Below, piece after piece: positions 47,493 through 55,876 of a stretch of 64,000 nt of DNA. This stretch comes from a virus. Numbering within the stretch: position 1 is the stretch's first letter; every line of letters starts with the position of its first letter. Position numbers and translations under genes: made by a program. The stretch lies in the IMG/VR virus record IMGVR_UViG_3300043449_001497, positions 1-64,000 of that record, one strand, 5' to 3'. The notes under the pieces were generated by a model, which ran no database searches, was not told the origin of the DNA, and saw nothing but the letters and a program-made list of their open reading frames with translations.

Positions 47493-48314
47493 TCACACGA
47501 CGGGCGCACCCGTCTGAGCGTCGCGGACGAACCCGCTACGGTCCGTGCGCGCCTTGCCCTTGGCACGGAGCAACACCACGTGACCGGGAGGGTCAAGGTG
47601 GCGCAGGTCCGTCTCGTCGCCATCCACAGTCGGATAGCCCATGAACGTCGACGGCACAGGCTTGCCCGCCTTCACGTTCACGACGACGGCGACGTTGCCG
47701 CCAGCCGCCAGCACGCTGCGAGCGATGGCCTCGCGACCCGTGCCGCGGTCGAGGCTGTACGTGTACCGCACGCCGTCGACCGTGCCCGCACGCCCACGTG
47801 CCGGGTCTTTCGTGTAGTCGTACCGCACGGCCTGAGACGGCACGCGCAAGCCGGGGAACACGGACTCCCAATGAACGTCGCTCGTACCGTTGAGCCGGAA
47901 CGAGACCGATAGCTCGAGGCTATCGGCCCACGCTGCGACGTGCGCCATGTCCCGTTCGAGGTGAGCGCGGAAGGCTTCCGGCTCGCGGTCGAACATGCGC
48001 GTCCGCTTGTAGCGGCCGTGCTGCACGTTGTTGGCGAACGCGCGGCCTGCGTAGCTGGACATCGGGATGCCCCCACGGCCAGCCGTGTTGAGACACGACG
48101 CAGCGCACGCACCAGCCCACGGGCACAGGTTGCCCAGCCCAGGCACCTCGCCGTTCAACACGGCGAGCCGGGCGTACTCACGCGCCGGGAGCAGATGCAG
48201 GACCGCCGTCACCTCGCCGCGCTTCCCACCCTTGGCAACCTTGGGGTTGTCCAGCGTGAGCAGCTTGAGCTTGGACTTACAGGCGTTGAACCCTGCGAAC
48301 TCGTACGTCTTCAT
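47493..48314 (-). CDS. Phage Gp88-family protein (Cys cluster, radical-SAM-like)
   Basis: LCPWAGACAASCL, FRLNGTSD, YDYTK and VDGDETDLRHLD motifs. Confidence 0.75.
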   Translation of the reverse strand: MKTYEFAGFNACKSKLKLLTLDNPKVAKGGKRGEVTAVLHLLPAREYARLAVLNGEVPGLGNLCPWAGACAASCLNTAGRGGIPMSSYAGRAFANNVQHGRYKRTRMFDREPEAFRAHLERDMAHVAAWADSLELSVSFRLNGTSDVHWESVFPGLRVPSQAVRYDYTKDPARGRAGTVDGVRYTYSLDRGTGREAIARSVLAAGGNVAVVVNVKAGKPVPSTFMGYPTVDGDETDLRHLDPPGHVVLLRAKGKARTDRSGFVRDAQTGAPVV

Positions 48315-48796
48315 GCTTTCCTCCTGAGATGCTGGCAGCCCAGCGTATTGCTGGCTGCCCCGGATATCCGGGCTCAACCCAACGACGCGGTAGCCCCGCT
48401 GGGTTGAACGCGAATATCCGCGCGTACACGGACCGTGGCTGTGCTCACACGGGCGGGCACCACATGCCCGCGGGGGCAACGGTGCGGCTTTCGCTAAGCG
48501 GCTGCGAGGATGCCACGCATACAGGCGTACGCGCTGATATTCGGGGAGGTGTGGAGCCTATCGGCACGGGGTCCGCATTGCCATGTCCGGGCAACCGGGC
48601 GGCCTTCTTCCCGACGGTTTCAGTCGGGGGCTAGGTGTCCACTGCCTAGCTGCGAGGGATGCGCGCGTCTCACGACGTGACGCGCTCGCAGCTAGTGCTA
48701 CCATCTGTATGCGAATGTGAAAGACACGGGCGACACGCTGCCTTGAAACCGACCTTGCAGCCGGGGCACCGTGCCGGGTTTCCCCGTCACACTGCT

Positions 48797-48825
48797 AGCA
48801 TACCATGACGGTATGAACCCGTCAA
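48797..48825 (-). promoter_or_regulatory. sigma70-like promoter
   Basis: TTGACG-17-TATGCT. Confidence 0.7.
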
Positions 48826-48847
48826 GGGACGCTAGCGGTCTAAGCTC

Positions 48848-48946
48848 TGAAAGAGCGGGGCCGGGGCCCCTGAGGGCCTGAGCCCCCGTGGTCGGCGTTT
48901 CCGCTTCCCACGCTTTCAATATGCCCCGTTCCTACCACGGCGTCAA
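48848..48946 (-). promoter_or_regulatory. sigma70 promoter plus boxA-like element
   Basis: TTGACG-17-CATATT (48946-48918); CGCTCTTTCA at 48857-48848. Confidence 0.7.
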
Positions 48947-49256
48947 GGTCTCACGGGCTGCCCGTCACACGGGCGCGCGACGCACGCCTGACCCGGCCGC
49001 GGGCCCGCTGGCGGCCGCTGCCCCTCAGGCGGCGGGCCGCCCTCTGGAGCCGCCGCACTCCACCCCTCCCTCCTCCACCCTCTCCGGCTGTTCCACCCTC
49101 TCCGGCTATACAGGGTCCCCTGACGGGGACCATTGAAGAGACGCACTGAGAAGCCCCAGGAGCTCGACGCCAGGGGGAGGGGCTACCTGGGTAGCACCCT
49201 GTCCTAGATCGTTGCTCCTGGGGCTTCCCAGTGCGGTTCCTGCGGGGTCCAATGGA

Positions 49257-49287
49257 AAGGCCCCCGAGGAGAGGTTCCTCGGGGGCC
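49257..49287 (-). terminator. Intrinsic terminator
   Basis: GCCCCCGAGG...CCTCGGGGGC hairpin followed by CTTT. Confidence 0.65.
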
Positions 49288-49295
49288 GGGATGAG

Positions 49296-49493
49296 TCAGA
49301 GACTGTGGAACTTGGCTTCGGATTCGACCAGCTGGTTGAACCGAGCCCGGTCGGGCTCGGCTGCGCCCTCGAGGAAGAGTTCCCCGGTGACGACACCGCG
49401 GTCGCGGGTCAGGGTGGCGGCGATGATGAAGTAGCCCTTGCTCTTGTAGTTGTAGACGAGGTAAGCCCCGTCGTCGAACCGATGAATGAACAT
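49296..49493 (-). CDS. Small early protein
   Basis: GGAGACAAGCATG start. Confidence 0.6.
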   Translation of the reverse strand: MFIHRFDDGAYLVYNYKSKGYFIIAATLTRDRGVVTGELFLEGAAEPDRARFNQLVESEAKFHSL

Positions 49494-49554
49494 GCTTGTC
49501 TCCAGAGAGTGGGAGACGGGCCAGGCCGAGGGCACCTGACCCGTCTCGAGTGGG

Positions 49555-49779
49555 CTAGCTGATGTAGCGGATGACCACGATGCGGGTACCATCTGCGCGG
49601 CGAATCACGAGGCGCTTCTTGTAGCCGCGACCGATGTTGATCGCGCTGTAGTAGAACCCTGCCTGTTGCGGCGTGTCGAGCGTGAAGCGGGGCTTGTATG
49701 CACCGCGGTAGCGTCCGACCTCGACGTGATAGGTGTCGCCGTCTTCCCACTTGGTGATCTTGCCATCGATGTTGAACAT
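49555..49779 (-). CDS. Small early protein
   Basis: GGAG RBS; 'AINIGRGYKKRL'. Confidence 0.65.
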   Translation of the reverse strand: MFNIDGKITKWEDGDTYHVEVGRYRGAYKPRFTLDTPQQAGFYYSAINIGRGYKKRLVIRRADGTRIVVIRYIS

Positions 49780-49828
49780 GCCTGTCTCCGATTGAAAGCG
49801 GGGGCCACGGGCACCCCCATTGATTGAA

Positions 49829-50044
49829 CTAGACCGAACCGTAGGTGCTGTGAATCAGCGTGCCGCAGTCGCATTCGATGGGATCGCCTTCCGCGAACTC
49901 ACCGCACCGCACGGTCTCGCCGTTGCGGAAAGCGTCCTTAGCGCAGGCCACGCAGACCGGGGCGTGCCGCACGATATGCAGGACGTTGACGATACCGTAG
50001 TGGACATTCTTAATGTGCTGAATGTCCGTGATAACTTCGAGCAT
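49829..50044 (-). CDS. Small Zn-binding early protein
   Basis: VCVACA...ECDCG. Confidence 0.6.
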   Translation of the reverse strand: MLEVITDIQHIKNVHYGIVNVLHIVRHAPVCVACAKDAFRNGETVRCGEFAEGDPIECDCGTLIHSTYGSV

Positions 50045-50126
50045 GCTTGACTCCACTAGAGTGAGGGGGAGACACGCTAGGCGACGCTTGCCGCACGCGG
50101 GGCGTCGTCACTACCATGCTATGGGG

Positions 50127-50216
50127 TTGTGAAAGAGCGGCGGGACCGAGGCCCCCCGTCAGGTCCGCTTCCGTTCCTGACATCTACAGTATGCCCCGTC
50201 TAGTGCATGGTGTCAA
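50127..50216 (-). promoter_or_regulatory. sigma70 promoter plus boxA-like element
   Basis: TTGACA-17-CATACT (50216-50188); CGCTCTTTCACAA at 50139-50127. Confidence 0.8.
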
Positions 50217-50422
50217 GGTGGGAACGCTACAGGCCCGGATAGGGCGCGTGACGGCCCGGCGCACGGGTCCGGCCCCGCTTGCGCGCGGGCTCGCTCATGC
50301 GACGCCCCGCCCTCCAGCCGTGTCGCCACCCTCTCCGGTACTACCACCCTCTCCGGCATACAGAGCCCCCTGACGGGGGCTGCTAGAAGAAGAGCTCGAG
50401 ACCAGGACCGAGCGGACATGAG

Positions 50423-50456
50423 AAAGCCCCCGAGATCCTGGGGGGACCTCGGGGGC
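50423..50456 (-). terminator. Intrinsic terminator
   Basis: GCCCCCGAG...CTCGGGGGC hairpin followed by TTTC. Confidence 0.65.
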
Positions 50457-50464
50457 GGGATGAT

Positions 50465-50668
50465 CTAGCCGACGATGAACTCGTCGCGGCCACGGTAGAC
50501 GAAGCCGGAGAGGAACTCAGGGCTGACGAGCTTGTAGAGCGGGGTCGTCTCGTCGGGGACAGCCCCGACCGTGCAGACCATGTCGAACTCGTTCTTCTTG
50601 AACGCCGTGCTGTAGGTGCGGACCTTGCGACCGACCGTGACGCGGCAGAGAGGCGGGTAGAACCGCAT
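50465..50668 (-). CDS. Small early protein
   Basis: GGAG RBS. Confidence 0.55.
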   Translation of the reverse strand: MRFYPPLCRVTVGRKVRTYSTAFKKNEFDMVCTVGAVPDETTPLYKLVSPEFLSGFVYRGRDEFIVG

Positions 50669-50730
50669 GTGAACTCCGAAGAGAAGAGAGACGGGCCGGG
50701 CCAGAGGGCGCCCGACCCGTCTCGTGTTGG

Positions 50731-51009
50731 TCAGCTGAAGTCGAGGATGTACGTGAGGAACGCGAGCAGGATCATGGCGCCGATGTTGAGCATCACGATG
50801 CACTGCGTGATGGCGGTGCGAAGTTCACGGCGGCGGCGACCGGGGCGACGAGCCGTGTAGGTCTGAGGGCCGACGATGGGGGCGAACACGAGGGCTTCCA
50901 GTTCCGCGTCGTACTTGCGAACGTAGCGGTAACCTTCGACCATGATGCCGGGCTCAGTGGGACGGTCGGCGTTGAGGCAGATTCCGTCGCGGCAGTTGTT
51001 GCAGTCCAT
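50731..51009 (-). CDS. Small early protein with a C-terminal TM helix
   Basis: GGAGTAGAAGCATG start. Confidence 0.6.
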   Translation of the reverse strand: MDCNNCRDGICLNADRPTEPGIMVEGYRYVRKYDAELEALVFAPIVGPQTYTARRPGRRRRELRTAITQCIVMLNIGAMILLAFLTYILDFS

Positions 51010-51057
51010 GCTTCTACTCCGAGTGAAAGTGGGGCCACGGGCGCCCCTTGAGGTTGA

Positions 51058-51243
51058 CTAGTTACCAGCCTTGACGCTGAGCTTGTGAAGCTTCCGGGCG
51101 AGCCGGAAAGCGTGCCGGGTTGCGGCCTTGAGCGCCACGCGCTTAGCGTTAGCGCGGTTGCCCCACGCCTCGTCGAGGGTCGGGCCCACGGTGAGCCCGA
51201 CGACGAGAGCGACGAGGTACAGGTACATCAGAGTATCGAACAT
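51058..51243 (-). CDS. Small early membrane protein
   Basis: N-terminal hydrophobic helix. Confidence 0.55.
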   Translation of the reverse strand: MFDTLMYLYLVALVVGLTVGPTLDEAWGNRANAKRVALKAATRHAFRLARKLHKLSVKAGN

Positions 51244-51324
51244 GCTTCATCTCCGAGAGTAGGGTGAGGGTCGCACGGCGTACCTGCTAGGGCAGGGGCC
51301 GGGTGACCGAACCAGCGTATGGGG

Positions 51325-51407
51325 TTGTCAGAGAGCGGGGCGGGGAGGGCGTTTCCGTCGTTCCCTTTCCGTGCATACAGTATGCCCTGTCTAGTGACAG
51401 GTGTCAA
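51325..51407 (-). promoter_or_regulatory. sigma70 promoter plus boxA-like element
   Basis: TTGACA-17-CATACT (51407-51379); CGCTCTCTGACAA at 51337-51325. Confidence 0.8.
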
Positions 51408-51745
51408 GCGTCAATGCGATAGCCCCCGAATAGACATGGCTCGCGGGCGCGACGCCCTTCCGACGACGCCGACGCCCCCGTGCGACCGCGCTTCTCGCTG
51501 GCGACGCCCCGCCCTATAGTAGTGGCGCCACCAACATCATCAACAACCCCCTACACCCCAACAACAACCATCATGGGACCCAACTCCCCCTGTCCTCTTC
51601 CTGGCGAGTAAAAAATCCCAAATCCCCATACCACCGGGGTACGCCCACTACGTGGCCGCACCATGCGTGGATGACGCGAGGTCCGCGATGGCGTGGCCAC
51701 TCACAGGGACCGACGTTATACCCCCTTGGTCTACCAGGAGCCCCC

Positions 51746-52804
51746 ATGAACAACGACACGAAGACCCAGGACCTCCCACTTGCCCTCCGAACCCGCAACG
51801 CCCTCCTCAAGGCGGGCCTCACGACCTGGGGACAGGTCAAGAGCATCGAGCTCACGAACGTGGAGGGCCTCGGTGCCCGAAGCATCGACGCCATCCAGGC
51901 CCTCTGGAGCGAGGAAGAAGGCCTTCCGCGACTGGTGCCGATGCCGGAGGAGGCGGAAACGCCCGAGGAGACCATCGCTCGAGGCCAGAAGCGGCACGAA
52001 GTCACGTCGATGATCGACCACGCGATGCGCGGCGGGCTCGACCGGATGACCGGAGACGTCGAGAGCCTCGAGGAACGGCGTCACCTGGACGAGGTGAAGG
52101 CCATCCACAAGCGCCAGTTCGACGCCGCGGCCGAGAAGGAGCTCAGTCGGAGCTTCGCGATGGCCGGAACGGGCAGTTTTGGGGACCCGGACGCCGAAAT
52201 CCGTCGTCGCGGCGAGGCGTTTCGCGCCCAGGGCGGCTCGGTTGTGGCCGGAGACGGTCGCGGACTGCTTGCTCTTCGGCTCGAAGCCGATGTACAGGCA
52301 CGAGTCTCGGCTCTTATACCCCTTATCAAGGCCCTCCCGCATGTCAAGGAGTTGGGCGTAGATGTTTCAGCGGAGATCGTGGGTCGAATGGCGCTGATTC
52401 GGGGCCTGGATGCCCTCGAGAGGGCCCACGGAGGGTCGAAATCGACCTCCAAGACCTCGGAAAACGGCGAAAACCGCGCAACCGCACCCGAAAACGCCGA
52501 CGCGCCGCTCCCGACGGGCGATGAAGAGGTCTACGACACCCCTGAAGGGTGGACGAAGGTCGGTTTGGGCGAGACGATCCCGGTTCCGGAGGCCGTTTTG
52601 CACGATTACTACACCCAGAACGGCTGGGTGCGGTACTGGGGCAAGGCCAACGACCAGGTGATCTACTTCTACTGGTCTCCGGAGCGCCGTTTGCAGGACC
52701 TCAAGCCCTTCCCAGGCACCGACAAGAGCGGTCGGTCGGTCGCAGTGCAGGAAACGCCCTGGGGACCGGGCCATGTGGTCCCCTCGAGGTGGGCGAACAG
52801 CTGA
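51746..52804 (+). CDS. Protein with an N-terminal RNA polymerase alpha-CTD-like domain
   Basis: LPLALRTRNALLKAGLTTWGQV...ELTNVEGLGARSIDAI matches the alpha-CTD HhH pattern. Confidence 0.7.
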   Translation: MNNDTKTQDLPLALRTRNALLKAGLTTWGQVKSIELTNVEGLGARSIDAIQALWSEEEGLPRLVPMPEEAETPEETIARGQKRHEVTSMIDHAMRGGLDRMTGDVESLEERRHLDEVKAIHKRQFDAAAEKELSRSFAMAGTGSFGDPDAEIRRRGEAFRAQGGSVVAGDGRGLLALRLEADVQARVSALIPLIKALPHVKELGVDVSAEIVGRMALIRGLDALERAHGGSKSTSKTSENGENRATAPENADAPLPTGDEEVYDTPEGWTKVGLGETIPVPEAVLHDYYTQNGWVRYWGKANDQVIYFYWSPERRLQDLKPFPGTDKSGRSVAVQETPWGPGHVVPSRWANS

Positions 52805-52810
52805 ACGACG

Positions 52811-52846
52811 AGGGCCAGGAGTGAGGCGAACCCCGCTCCTGGCCCT
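52811..52846. terminator. Hairpin between convergent genes
   Basis: AGGGCCAGGAG...CTCCTGGCCCT. Confidence 0.6.
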
Positions 52847-52866
52847 GTCCGGCCTGTCAGTCTAGA

Positions 52867-53370
52867 TCAGTCGGCCTTCGCGAGCTGAAGGTAGAGGCGG
52901 AACGGAGCCACGTTCGCCGCCGTCGCCTTCAGGACCGTGATGGTCAGACTCTCGACGTCCGCCGCGAGCGGGTTGATGGTCTCCGCCTCGGGGACGTGCG
53001 TCGCGAAGACGCGCGGGGTGTTGTCCGTGTTCACCGCAGCCGAGGTCGCCTGGATGGCGGTCGCGCCAGCGATGGGAGCCGACTTGCCGATGGTCACGGT
53101 GACGTTGCCAGCGGTCGTCTCGGTCGGCACGATGCGCGTGTCGGGGAGAACGCGCATCTTGTACGGCAGCTTGATCGTGTAGACGGTGCTCGCCACGTTC
53201 AGGTTGTCGGGGACGCTGAACACAGCGCTGACGTACGCCGTGGAGTCAGCCGTGGCGAGCGTGGGCGAGACCCCGACCACGAGCGGCTGCACCGCCTGGC
53301 CAGAGAAGTGCTCCGGGATGACTTCCCCGTAGCGAATGAACTTCCGAACGATGTATCCGTACGCAGCCAT
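52867..53370 (-). CDS. Putative virion structural/decoration protein
   Basis: AGGAGG RBS; Thr/Ala/Val-rich, beta-rich. Confidence 0.55.
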   Translation of the reverse strand: MAAYGYIVRKFIRYGEVIPEHFSGQAVQPLVVGVSPTLATADSTAYVSAVFSVPDNLNVASTVYTIKLPYKMRVLPDTRIVPTETTAGNVTVTIGKSAPIAGATAIQATSAAVNTDNTPRVFATHVPEAETINPLAADVESLTITVLKATAANVAPFRLYLQLAKAD

Positions 53371-53450
53371 GCCTACCTCCTATCTCAGGCCAGGCGAGAT
53401 TGCCTGGACCTCATGGCGGTGCTATCATAGCACAACCTCTGGGGTTCCTC

Positions 53451-53843
53451 ATGCACGGAAGCATCCTCGTCATCGCGAAGAAGAAGGCCGCCGGGCCTGG
53501 TGGCTACTTCGACCCCATGATGGGTCACCCTGGCATGGCCCAGGGTCCCATGATGTTCGAGATGGCGAACGAGGAGGAGTGCTGCGAGGAGCCTCCGATG
53601 CACGAGCCGATGATGCACGGCGACATGGGCAACCGTGACGTGCGCGACATCATCGCCGACCTCCGTGCAGCGGCTCAGCGCCTCGAGGACCTCCACGGCA
53701 TGGGCGCCGAGGACGAGGACACCGAAGAGGAAGAGCCCGAGGAAGAGGAGGCCCCCGAAGAGGAGCCCGCCGAGGAAGAGCCCAAGGCCAAGACCAAGAA
53801 GCCCTTCCCAGGCTTCGGCCCCAAGAAGGAGATGAAGTACTGA
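53451..53843 (+). CDS. Highly acidic hypothetical protein
   Basis: Glu/Pro-rich tail. Confidence 0.55.
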   Translation: MHGSILVIAKKKAAGPGGYFDPMMGHPGMAQGPMMFEMANEEECCEEPPMHEPMMHGDMGNRDVRDIIADLRAAAQRLEDLHGMGAEDEDTEEEEPEEEEAPEEEPAEEEPKAKTKKPFPGFGPKKEMKY

Positions 53844-54019
53844 TGGCCACCTACCGCAGCGGCTACTACAGCCACCTCGATGCGATGAAGAAGAAGGCCG
53901 AGATGGAAGACGCGGAAGCCCGCGGCGAGAAGCTCAAGAAGGAGGGCAAGGTCGCGGACGTGTCCGCCCTCATCAAGAAGCCCGTCGTGAAGGTCGCCGT
54001 CAAGATCGGCAAGCACTAG
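53843..54019 (+). CDS. Small basic protein (58 aa)
   Basis: AAGGAG upstream; TGATG overlap. Confidence 0.5.
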   Translation: MATYRSGYYSHLDAMKKKAEMEDAEARGEKLKKEGKVADVSALIKKPVVKVAVKIGKH

Positions 54020-54125
54020 AGCATCTACGCATCACGACGCGGCCGTGAACGCCTGCCCCGTCGTGTGAGCCCCGGCGGCATGGTGTCGTCGGGGCTCTTC
54101 TATGCCTGGCCGGATAGCCGCGCAT

Positions 54126-54244
54126 AGAAAACGCCGGGGCAGATTGCTCCACCCCGGCGCCGACCAAGCACACACGCACCCGTAACAGCAGGCAGCACCG
54201 ACCCTGCTACACGGGAGTGTACACCACCCCCGTGGCAGAGTCAA
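54126..54244 (-). ncRNA. Candidate small RNA (about 85 nt) with its own promoter and terminator
   Basis: TTGACT-17-TACACT (54244-54216), hairpin GTAGCAGG/CCTGCTGT, terminator CGCCGGGG/CCCCGGCG-TTTT. Confidence 0.5.
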
Positions 54245-54247
54245 CAG

Positions 54248-55120
54248 CTATCGACGCGGGTTGTAGAACTGCGCCTCGTCCGACTGCGCCAGGCGGCGCA
54301 TCGAGTCCATGATCTCCTTGTAGGAGCGGTTGTCCGTCGCGTTGGTCGTCGCCGTGCGTCCAGGGCCCATGTTCATGAGCTCCATCGCGTCGGGGACGGG
54401 CTCCGCCTGGGGAGGCGTAGGCGGAGCGAACTTCGCGCGCACCATCGAGACGGCGTCTTCAGGGTCGATGCCACCCGTGAGGAGCACCGAGAAGGCGTAG
54501 AAGGCGTCGTCGTTGCTGTAGATGTCGTTCGCCTCCGACTTCATCCAGTTCTCGACCTCGTCCACGGCAGCCTCGAGCTGACGCGCCTCGGCCTGCTGGG
54601 ACTCGTACTCGAACGCCTCGAGGCGCTGACGAAGCTCGTCACGCTCGCGCTCGGCCGTTCCGTACTTGCCCGTCCACTCGTCAGCCGCCCGGCGCTGGGC
54701 CTGCTCGAACTCGTCACGAAGAGCCGAGAGGGCTGCGTCGTGCATCGTCTTCAGGCGGTCGATCTCCGCCTGCTTCTCGGCCATCGGGTCCGCGTCACCC
54801 GTGAGCCACTTCTGGATCTTGAGCTCCTGCTCTCGAAGCGCGGCTTCCTTCCGGTCCAGGTCGCGCTTGCGGCCAGCGGTGTCCTGGAAAGCCTTCGTGA
54901 AGCCGCGCTCGAAGTTCTTGTACTTGTTCTCCACACCACGGACGAGCGTGTTGCGGGTCGGCTCGTCGATGCGGCTGAACCAGTCAGCCTTCGACAGGGC
55001 GTCCAGCTCTCCGTTCCAGTCGAAGACTTGCGGTGGCGCGTCTTCCGCGGGAGCAGCCTCTTCAGAGGCCACTTCCTCGTTGGTCTGGGGGTTCTCTTCT
55101 TCCGTGGTGGGGTCGAACAT
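54248..55120 (-). CDS. Putative capsid scaffolding protein
   Basis: Acidic N-terminus, 'FERGFTKAFQD' motif, long coiled coil; downstream of the portal. Confidence 0.65.
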   Translation of the reverse strand: MFDPTTEEENPQTNEEVASEEAAPAEDAPPQVFDWNGELDALSKADWFSRIDEPTRNTLVRGVENKYKNFERGFTKAFQDTAGRKRDLDRKEAALREQELKIQKWLTGDADPMAEKQAEIDRLKTMHDAALSALRDEFEQAQRRAADEWTGKYGTAERERDELRQRLEAFEYESQQAEARQLEAAVDEVENWMKSEANDIYSNDDAFYAFSVLLTGGIDPEDAVSMVRAKFAPPTPPQAEPVPDAMELMNMGPGRTATTNATDNRSYKEIMDSMRRLAQSDEAQFYNPRR

Positions 55121-55138
55121 GTTGGCTCCTGGGGTTGA

Positions 55139-55573
55139 CTAGGGCATCGGAGGAGGAACGGGCTTGGCCATCTCCTCCTTCATCTTCATGTCCTCGCCTG
55201 CGCCCATGTTCTTCTCGAGCTGCATGCGGAGGTTCATGTCTTTGCTGAGCATGTCGGCGATCTCGGCGGCCGACTTGTCGGCGAACCGGGGCATCGCCTT
55301 GGCCGCGTCGAGAAGCTGCTGGGCCTTCTCGACGGAGACGCCGAGGACGTCAGCGACCATCTGCGCGTCGCCTTCACCACCCGCCGTGCCCTCGGCACCG
55401 ACGGAGGCGCCAGCCTCGTTGGGCTTGGGGCCCACGCCGGGACCACCCTCGCCGCCACCAGCCATCATGGCCTGGATCTCTTCGACCAGGGGCTTGATGT
55501 CCTGATCGACGGAGATGGGCTGTCCAGGCTGCTTGGGGGCGGGCATGCCACCCGGCTTCATCATTTCGGCCAT
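55139..55573 (-). CDS. Hypothetical protein (head module)
   Basis: AGGAGG RBS. Confidence 0.6.
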   Translation of the reverse strand: MAEMMKPGGMPAPKQPGQPISVDQDIKPLVEEIQAMMAGGGEGGPGVGPKPNEAGASVGAEGTAGGEGDAQMVADVLGVSVEKAQQLLDAAKAMPRFADKSAAEIADMLSKDMNLRMQLEKNMGAGEDMKMKEEMAKPVPPPMP

Positions 55574-55636
55574 GTTGACCTCCTAACGTGGTTGAACAGA
55601 ACCGGGAGGGTAGAAGAAGAGTGACGGCCCGGCCCG

Positions 55637-55876
55637 CTACTCTTCATCGAGATCAGGTTGCTCATCCGCGAAGGTAGGGTCCGCGGGTGCGAGCTCGAAC
55701 GCGACTGCGGGGTCACTGTTCGCGAACAGCATGAACTTGTTGGGCACTCGTCGGCGCTCGCCCGTGTTCCGGTTCTCGAGAACCGTGATGTCGTAGGACG
55801 GGAGCGTGCCGACGACGCGGATGCTCGCTGCCCGCTTCCGCGCCATGCGCTTGGCCTGGGCGATGTCGACGCTCAT
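55637..55876 (-). CDS. Hypothetical protein
   Basis: ATGA coupling. Confidence 0.55.
   Translation of the reverse strand: MSVDIAQAKRMARKRAASIRVVGTLPSYDITVLENRNTGERRRVPNKFMLFANSDPAVAFELAPADPTFADEQPDLDEE

Noticed and set aside
39197-51243. TAG stop-codon reassignment, suggested by many short TAG-ended ORFs
   Set aside because: TAG stops are followed by hairpins, RBSs and new starts, and the long conserved genes are intact in the standard code
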